A stretch of 32,000 nt of DNA from contig NZ_CP073013.1 of NCBI RefSeq assembly GCF_020694005.1, positions 1,156,578 through 1,188,577 of the forward strand, given 5' to 3'. Position numbers and translations under genes: made by a program. Origin of the DNA: Marinomonas profundi (GTDB taxonomy: Bacteria; Pseudomonadota; Gammaproteobacteria; Pseudomonadales; Marinomonadaceae). Shown one piece after another: positions 27,234 to 32,000 of the stretch. The notes under the pieces were generated by a model. That model saw only the letters and a list, made by a program, of their open reading frames with translations. It did no database searches and was not told where the DNA came from. The number at the start of each line of letters is the position of its first letter. Within the stretch, counting starts at the first letter, position 1.

Positions 27234-28244
27234 TTAATGAAAAATGTCTTCTATTTTCTCGGCGAAGAGGAGTCGTTCAGACCATTCCAGAAGGGTTTCA
27301 GCATCGGCTTTTTCAACCTGTTCACGGTAAGCCGCCGCAACGTCTACACCGTATTTACGCGCCATCAGACGCAGCATTATAGTCGCTTCACCCTGCTGCA
27401 TACCTTGTTGCATACCCTGCTGCATTCCTTGTTGCATACCCTGCTGCATTCCTTGTTGCATGCCTTGTTGTATTCCTTGTTGCATTCCCTTTTCAATTCC
27501 AAAACGCTCTGCACTGGTTACATAAGGCATTTTTTTAGACTCCTCTAGTTGGTATACCGATTCTAAGAATTGGCGCTCCAACGCTTCTGGTAAACGTATC
27601 ATCCAATCAATCACTCGAAACAATTGTAATATAACATCGCGCTCGTAGCCCCGCTCGTACATTAGTTGCACAAGCTGGAACTTCCAAACCTGACGCTCTT
27701 CGGCTCGTTTACTGCTTTTGGCTCGAAGTTGCGCCATGACCACTAAGGCAAACACATTGTCGCTGTTTTCTAACTGCTCCCAGCGGGCTTGCCAATCCAG
27801 CAGCTTCACACTGGGAAAGCGAAAATCCAACCCACAACCCCAACGCCCCCAATGATAACTATTGGGCCGGAAGTTCCGATTGGTATCAGCGAGCACACCT
27901 AAGCTGACCACATCCATCTGATACCGGTCAAACAGCCGGTAATGATACACGTACATTCGCTCGGCAAAGTCCCGCTCTGCCTCACCCTGCACTTCCACAT
28001 GGATCAATACCCATGTTTCCGTGCCATCTCTAGCATACACCTTCACCAACTTATCGGCGTAACGTCGGCCTAGCTCGGCGTCTTGCACAACCTGTTGAAG
28101 TTCCTTATCCAAAAATTCCCGTTCCCGGCTCCAATCCACTTGCGCATAAACATCGGGAAACAGCAACGCCAAAAACTCCGGAAAACGCTGCTCCAACGCC
28201 TCTTTCCATGGGCTATCATGATCATCCATTGATCTCGTATTCAT
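27234..28244 (-). CDS. Rpn/YhgA-like PD-(D/E)XK putative recombination-promoting nuclease with DUF4351-like C-terminal domain
   Basis: DSPWKEALEQRFPEFLALLFP N-terminus. The nuclease core is D...LIHVEVQGE. MPYVTSAERFGIEKG is followed by G-x-QQ repeats, then GEATIMLRLMARKYG...LLEWSERLL. Confidence 0.7.
   Translation of the reverse strand: MNTRSMDDHDSPWKEALEQRFPEFLALLFPDVYAQVDWSREREFLDKELQQVVQDAELGRRYADKLVKVYARDGTETWVLIHVEVQGEAERDFAERMYVYHYRLFDRYQMDVVSLGVLADTNRNFRPNSYHWGRWGCGLDFRFPSVKLLDWQARWEQLENSDNVFALVVMAQLRAKSSKRAEERQVWKFQLVQLMYERGYERDVILQLFRVIDWMIRLPEALERQFLESVYQLEESKKMPYVTSAERFGIEKGMQQGIQQGMQQGMQQGMQQGMQQGMQQGMQQGEATIMLRLMARKYGVDVAAAYREQVEKADAETLLEWSERLLFAEKIEDIFH
27393..27488 (-). repeat. 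In-frame 12-bp tandem repeat x8 (GMQQ/GIQQ) within the Rpn-like CDS
   Basis: The + strand units are ctgctgcatacc, ttgttgcatacc, ctgctgcattcc, ttgttgcatacc, ctgctgcattcc, ttgttgcatgcc, ttgttgtattcc and ttgttgcattcc. Confidence 0.95.
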
Positions 28245-28332
28245 TTAAAATCCCTCTTCCATTAACGTCAACCTCATCCTGAGATTGCTGTGTATTACTA
28301 CTTTAATACTATATAAAAACCACCAAAATACC

Positions 28333-28523
28333 AACGCCGCTTTTTTTCAAGTAAGCATCTTCGCTCTTCGATTCATCCTTCAAAGCCGCTATTGTTTTCA
28401 GGTAAGCGCCTCGTGCCTCGTCTCATCCGGCCTACGGGTTGGGTTGGCGTTGGATAATGTTAGTGGTGGTTTCATGATGTTTTTTCGTAGGCCGGATGAG
28501 GAAGGCACGACCGTTATCCGGCG
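28333..28523. repeat. REP cluster: two reverse long-form copies (28333-28382 degenerate, 28383-28436), GT-rich spacer, one forward copy (28486-28523)
   Basis: ...ttttcaggtaagcgcctcgtgcctcgtctcatccggcctacg, then a 49-nt spacer, then cgtaggccggatgaggaaggcacgaccgttatccggcg. Together these form a long imperfect palindrome. Confidence 0.85.
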
Positions 28524-28574
28524 TGGATGGATAGAAGCCGTGCGTTCCCACGCCGGAGCCCGTGGAAACGAGAG

Positions 28575-28627
28575 AACGCCGCTTTTTTTCAGGTAAGCGC
28601 CTCGTGCCTCATCTCATCCGGCCTACG
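28575..28627 (-). repeat. REP-like element (long form, reverse) overlapping the 3' end of the MNT gene
   Basis: aacgccgctttttttcaggtaagcgcctcgtgcctcatctcatccggcctacg. The MNT stop codon TAG is the complement of the CTA in CCTACG. Confidence 0.85.
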
Positions 28628-28964
28628 TCTTTGGTTCGTGCACTGGCTCACTTGTTGTGCCCAATTTTCGTCCATGTTGTGCTATGTGTGCCAGCATTTC
28701 TTCGGATTTTATGGTGTTTAAATCTAAGATATCAAAGAAATAGGGGAAGGTGGTTTCTTCATTGAGCTGGTTAGATAACCGTATCACTACTGAGTGGTCT
28801 AGTTTGTTGCCAGAGATGACGATGTCTACGTCAGAGCCTGGCTTATAGGTACCTTTGGCTCTTGACCCAAAAATCATCACAGATTCAATCTCATGAAAAC
28901 TTTGAATGATGTCATTTAGCTCTTCAAGCTCTGTTGAGGTTAACCCAAAGTCGGCTTCCATCAT
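28623..28964 (-). CDS. Minimal nucleotidyltransferase (HI0073-like), putative antitoxin
   Basis: 113 aa. IFGSRAKGTYKPGSDVDIVI is the NTase motif. There is a 4-bp overlap with the upstream HEPN gene. Confidence 0.8.
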   Translation of the reverse strand: MMEADFGLTSTELEELNDIIQSFHEIESVMIFGSRAKGTYKPGSDVDIVISGNKLDHSVVIRLSNQLNEETTFPYFFDILDLNTIKSEEMLAHIAQHGRKLGTTSEPVHEPKT

Positions 28965-29308
28965 TTGGTTAGTCTCTCGGTAAAATTTCGATGAAAGTCA
29001 TTTAAAATCGGGTAATAAGTCGACTTTATTTTTAGCTCGACCAGTTGAGCGGTTTCCTCTTGATAAGTGTGTACGGTTAAATTTCTGTCGCTCAGGGCTT
29101 CTAGCCATTCTTTACCGTTTCCAATCAGCTGATATTGAAACGCGGTTTTTATTGCGTCACATGGGCTGCTTATCGAAAAGCCTTCTTCTTCTTGAAAGTC
29201 TTTCAGTACTTTCCAAGCAAGCTCAAAGGATATTTCGAAGAACTGAATCATTCCTGCACGCTCAATAACGGATAGTTTTTCCAGCTCAGTGGTGGTTTTT
29301 AGTAACAT
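28961..29308 (-). CDS. Nucleotidyltransferase substrate-binding protein, HI0074-like (HEPN superfamily)
   Basis: 115 aa. FEISFELAWKVLKDF and the Rx4H motif SDRNLTVHTY are characteristic of the HI0074 family. Confidence 0.8.
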   Translation of the reverse strand: MLLKTTTELEKLSVIERAGMIQFFEISFELAWKVLKDFQEEEGFSISSPCDAIKTAFQYQLIGNGKEWLEALSDRNLTVHTYQEETAQLVELKIKSTYYPILNDFHRNFTERLTK

Positions 29309-29502
29309 AAACTTCTGGAAAAGTTTTGAAATCGTTGCTTCCAGCGTGCTTCTTGATAGTTCATATATTCATCCCAAATACACTATAACGACGAAAATCA
29401 TACTAACAAAATGCAGTGTTGTTGACCATTCGTGACGTTATGCTGCCAGCTTAAATGCGCGACCTATTTGGTTTTGTCTGTTTTTTTGTAGGTCATGATT
29501 TA

Positions 29503-29958
29503 TCACGACGAGAGAGTTGGGGTGTTTAGAAACTTTATGGCTTTATCACTAAATGTATCTAGCTGAGTATAGTGCGATTCTTTGATGATTCGCTCTAAAA
29601 TTGAGAGGTCAATTTTTAGGTAGTCGTGTACGAGCCCGTTACGAAGACCGATGATTTTTTTCCATTCTTGTAGTTCGTCACTGTTTAAGAAGCCATGCTC
29701 CCGAAGTTGGCTGAAGGTTTGATAGGCGTCTGTAGCAGAGTGGCCTTGTAGGTTTTTCAGGCAGTGTTTGGCTAAACCAATACAAAGCTCTGTGTATACT
29801 TGCAGTAGTCTTTCTACTGCTAAGTAGTCTCTGCTACGAAAATTGTCGGCGATTAGGTCTTGCCTTAGCTCATCCAGTTCATGGCGGTATTTTTGCTTGT
29901 GCTTTTTGATTTCTGCTAGGTAGTGTTGTAGCCCTACTCTATCCGTCGATTCTGTCAT
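29503..29958 (-). CDS. hepT: DUF86/HepT-type HEPN toxin
   Basis: 151 aa. WKKIIGLRNGLVHDYLKIDL is the Rx4HxY HEPN motif of DUF86. It overlaps the upstream mntA-like gene by 20 nt. Confidence 0.85.
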   Translation of the reverse strand: MTESTDRVGLQHYLAEIKKHKQKYRHELDELRQDLIADNFRSRDYLAVERLLQVYTELCIGLAKHCLKNLQGHSATDAYQTFSQLREHGFLNSDELQEWKKIIGLRNGLVHDYLKIDLSILERIIKESHYTQLDTFSDKAIKFLNTPTLSS

Positions 29959-30349
29959 GGCGCTGGCTCTCTATTCGCTGATGCTCAAACTGGCTGTAGA
30001 TTCGGTCTTGTTCTCGCCATATTCTTGATGTGCCTTGATTATACAATAGTTTGCCCGTTTCTATTATGTTGTAGGCGAGGTAAATCGGTGCGAGGTTAAT
30101 GTCTACAATACTGAGCTTGTCACTTGGTAAGTTGAGCAATGCGCACCAGTCAATGGCCAGTTCATTGGGTCTTAAATATTTTTCTAGGCTGTCCAGTTGA
30201 AAATCGTTAAACGCAATAGCGAGGTCATAATCACTATGCGGTTGGGCTTCTCCCTTGCCCCTGGAACCGTAAAGCCAAACCGCAACAATGTCGTTGTTGC
30301 TGGCAGCAAGTTTCTTGACAGTTTCGATCACTTCTATTGGTTGCTGCAA
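29939..30349 (-). CDS. mntA: MntA-type nucleotidyltransferase antitoxin
   Basis: 136 aa. WLYGSRGKGEAQPHSDYDLAIAF. The start codon is TTG in the ORF track, so the exact start is uncertain. Confidence 0.8.
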   Translation of the reverse strand: MQQPIEVIETVKKLAASNNDIVAVWLYGSRGKGEAQPHSDYDLAIAFNDFQLDSLEKYLRPNELAIDWCALLNLPSDKLSIVDINLAPIYLAYNIIETGKLLYNQGTSRIWREQDRIYSQFEHQRIESQRHDRIDG

Positions 30350-30448
30350 GGATAAGGCCTTTTTCGTTTAGGTGTTTGCCATTGAAATATACGGTTTATT
30401 TTGAGGGTGTCAATGTTGGGCAAGCGAAGCTGGGGCGGAAGAACACAA

Positions 30449-30531
30449 CCCCATCCGAGCCTTCCCCTTGGAAGTGATAAGGGGAAGGAACAAAGTTACG
30501 CATCTTCGTGCCTCGATTCATCCGGCCTACG
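30449..30531 (-). repeat. Composite: inverted hairpin-1 fragment of the 115-bp family (30449-30488) abutting a REP-like element (30499-30531)
   Basis: ccccatccgagccttccccttggaagtgataaggggaagg ... gcatcttcgtgcctcgattcatccggcctacg. Confidence 0.8.
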
Positions 30532-30542
30532 TTTTTGTTTAT

Positions 30543-30726
30543 TTACGGGGTTTGATCTAGAGCCACTAATCCTTGGGAACAAAAATCGAAAATTACCGCG
30601 TATAGCTGCTGACGAATGACGGTATCCAGTAGCTGTTCATCAAAATTCAAATAGTCGTGTACTAACACATTGCGCATGCCGATTATTTGGCGCCAGGGAA
30701 CATTGCCTTTAAATAGCCATCATGTT
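30543..30726 (-). pseudogene. hepT: Truncated hepT (DUF86) remnant lacking its N-terminal half and start codon
   Basis: My translation of the minus strand gives ...GNVPWRQIIGMRNVLVHDYLNFDEQLLDTVIRQQLYAVIFDFCSQGLVALDQTP*. This is the C-terminal ~57 aa of a HepT, preceded in frame by TGA. In another frame ATGATGGCTATTTAA (MMAI*) overlaps the mntA stop, where the intact gene would have started. Confidence 0.7.
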
Positions 30727-31173
30727 TCATGTTATCGTCCATGTATCCTCTGCTGCTGTCGCTCTTTCTTGCTGTCGTTTTTCTTCATGTAAGTAGTCGA
30801 TTTCATATCGTGACATTATTTTACCTACGCCTTGCAGCATTAGGCCTCGCTCGCGGCAATACCAAAGCGTGTTGGCTTGTATGACTTCGATACCAAGCAG
30901 GATAGGTGCCTGCATTAGATCTATCACAGACAACTGACCATCGCCTAGCTGTAAACTTTGTTGCCAATCAAGCAGAAGCATCTCAGGGCGCATGCGCCTA
31001 GTGAAAATATCCGTCTCGTGGCTGGTAAATTGCACCGCCAAATCCAAATCACTGTACTCATGAGCTAATCCCTTGGCGTGCGATCCATATAGCCACAGGG
31101 CATTAATTTGCGGATCCGCTTCGGCCAATTTCAGCAACTGCATCTTACAACGGATAAAGTCTTGCTCAATCAT
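30727..31173 (-). CDS. mntA: MntA-type nucleotidyltransferase antitoxin (orphaned)
   Basis: 148 aa. LWLYGSHAKGLAHEYSDLDLAVQF. Confidence 0.8.
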   Translation of the reverse strand: MIEQDFIRCKMQLLKLAEADPQINALWLYGSHAKGLAHEYSDLDLAVQFTSHETDIFTRRMRPEMLLLDWQQSLQLGDGQLSVIDLMQAPILLGIEVIQANTLWYCRERGLMLQGVGKIMSRYEIDYLHEEKRQQERATAAEDTWTIT

Positions 31174-31224
31174 AGAGTCTCACTGTAAAGGTTTGCTTGA
31201 CGTTTTGATTATTCCATGGCGTTG

Positions 31225-31291
31225 AACGCCGCTTTTTTTCAAGTAAGCATCTTCAAGCCGGATGAGGAAGGCACGACCGTTATCCGGCGTT
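31225..31291. repeat. Chimeric REP: left arm of the long reverse form fused to a forward copy
   Basis: aacgccgctttttttcaagtaagcatcttc | aagccggatgaggaaggcacgaccgttatccggcgtt. The outer inverted repeat is AACGCCG/CGGCGTT. Confidence 0.8.
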
Positions 31292-31311
31292 AAATGGTGA
31301 TGTGACGTGGT

Positions 31312-31743
31312 TTAATGCTTATTGTTTTTTTCGAGTTCGGTTAGGCCTGTTTCTATGAAGTTAAATATGTCTTGGTAGTATCGATTGCTGATGACGGATC
31401 GAACGATGGCTGGGTCTATATTGAGGTAGTCGTGTACAAGGGCGTTTCTTAAACCGATGACTTTACGCCAGTTTGTGAGTTGTTCTAGCGATATAGCGCC
31501 ATGCTGGGAGAGGGTTTCGAAAGATTGGTAGGCGTCTGCAGGAGGAGCACCTTTGGTGGCTTTTACCCAGTGTTTGGCGATGCCTATGGCGACTTCTATG
31601 CTGATTTGTAGGCTACGCTCGCAGGCTCGGTATTCAAATGTGGTGAGGTTTCGAGTTTGCAGGATTTGATGCAGTTCTTCTAACTCGGCTTGGTAGACGT
31701 TGGCGTTTGTTCGTACTGAAGAGGTGTAATAGAGGTCTGCCAT
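31312..31743 (-). CDS. hepT: DUF86/HepT-type HEPN toxin
   Basis: 143 aa. WRKVIGLRNALVHDYLNIDP. Confidence 0.85.
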   Translation of the reverse strand: MADLYYTSSVRTNANVYQAELEELHQILQTRNLTTFEYRACERSLQISIEVAIGIAKHWVKATKGAPPADAYQSFETLSQHGAISLEQLTNWRKVIGLRNALVHDYLNIDPAIVRSVISNRYYQDIFNFIETGLTELEKNNKH

Positions 31744-31752
31744 TTTTGCGCC

Positions 31753-32000
31753 CTAAAAGTGTGTCAGGTGATAGTGATAGTCTATTTCGGCTTTAGACAT
31801 GATAACACCTTCGGCCACTAGTCGGGTGGAGTGGTTATTGCAACACAGTAACTGGCCGGATATGGCGTTCATGGCAAGAGGAATGGGGGCTATTTGGACG
31901 TCTATGACGCTGATCATCTTGTCTTTCACGCCGAGTAACGCCGACCAATCCAGTGCGAGCAGTTCCGGCCTGAGTCGACGTTCTAGAGGATCGCTTAGGC
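31753..32000 (-). CDS. mntA: MntA-type nucleotidyltransferase antitoxin, C-terminal part only (5' end beyond window)
   Basis: Not in the ORF track. My translation gives ...RPELLALDWSALLGVKDKMISVIDVQIAPIPLAMNAISGQLL...SKAEIDYHYHLTHF*. This aligns with the C-terminal halves of 29939-30349 and 30727-31173. The stop lies 9 nt before the hepT ATG. Confidence 0.7.
   Translation of the reverse strand, partial: LSDPLERRLRPELLALDWSALLGVKDKMISVIDVQIAPIPLAMNAISGQLLCCNNHSTRLVAEGVIMSKAEIDYHYHLTHF

Noticed and set aside
27225-27548. Plus-strand ORF with LLHTLLHS repeats
   Set aside because: It is the antisense reading of the GMQQ 12-bp repeat inside the well-supported minus-strand Rpn-like CDS.
28285-28765. 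Overlapping plus-strand ORFs 28285-28596, 28527-28721, 28562-28765, and 30401-30619
   Set aside because: They read through REP and hairpin repeats (recurrent FFQVSASCL.SSGLR peptides are repeat translations) and overlap minus-strand TA genes.
28333-31291. REP-like elements as integron attC sites, with the TA modules as cassettes of a chromosomal integron
   Set aside because: It was tempting because two forward copies end in GTTRRRY-like cores (cggcGTTGGAT at 21871, cggcGTTAAAT at 31287) and TA cassettes are typical of sedentary integrons. Several points argue against it. The elements occur in both orientations between co-oriented genes, and some end in GTGGATG or lack the core. They carry the GTAG tetranucleotide typical of REPs. 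They also occur inside the conserved glycan locus leader. No intI is visible. This should be revisited if an integrase lies beyond 32000.

Overview
Two contrasting halves. (A) 1-18.9 kb is one long minus-strand Wzx/Wzy-type surface-polysaccharide (O-antigen or capsule) locus. In transcription order it holds an EPS-type MarR regulator, rmlB, rmlA, a 3,4-ketoisomerase, an N-acetyltransferase and an aminotransferase (the dTDP-3-acetamido-3,6-dideoxyhexose route), a GT61/DUF563 transferase and a TagB/F-like phosphotransferase. These are followed by a phosphonate module (cytidylyltransferase-PEP mutase fusion, phosphonopyruvate decarboxylase, iron alcohol dehydrogenase), wzx, a GT2, a wzy-like gene, fnlA-fnlB-fnlC (UDP-L-FucNAc) and a WbuB-like GT4 that runs off the window. 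Many junctions are 4-bp ATGA overlaps. The phosphonate trio matches Fom1/Fom2/FomC, so I predict CMP-2-hydroxyethylphosphonate decoration of the glycan. A G10 tract sits in the 3' end of the putative transferase. (B) 18.9-32 kb is a repeat-ridden accessory island. It contains a Fic protein, five HEPN/nucleotidyltransferase toxin-antitoxin modules of at least three subtypes (one with a decayed toxin, one cut by the window edge), a beta-CASP MBL gene, a DUF559 endonuclease and an Rpn/DUF4351-type PD-(D/E)XK nuclease with an 8x GMQQ repeat. The beta-CASP gene is preceded by 5 tandem 35-bp repeats and followed by an 8-unit array of a 115-bp three-hairpin repeat. Two IS3-family copies, identical over 1226 bp, sit at the same nucleotide position of two different 115-bp units. 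A GTAG-flanked REP-like palindrome family is scattered in both orientations. No rRNA, tRNA or CRISPR was seen. All functional calls rest on motif and architecture recognition by eye; no searches were run.
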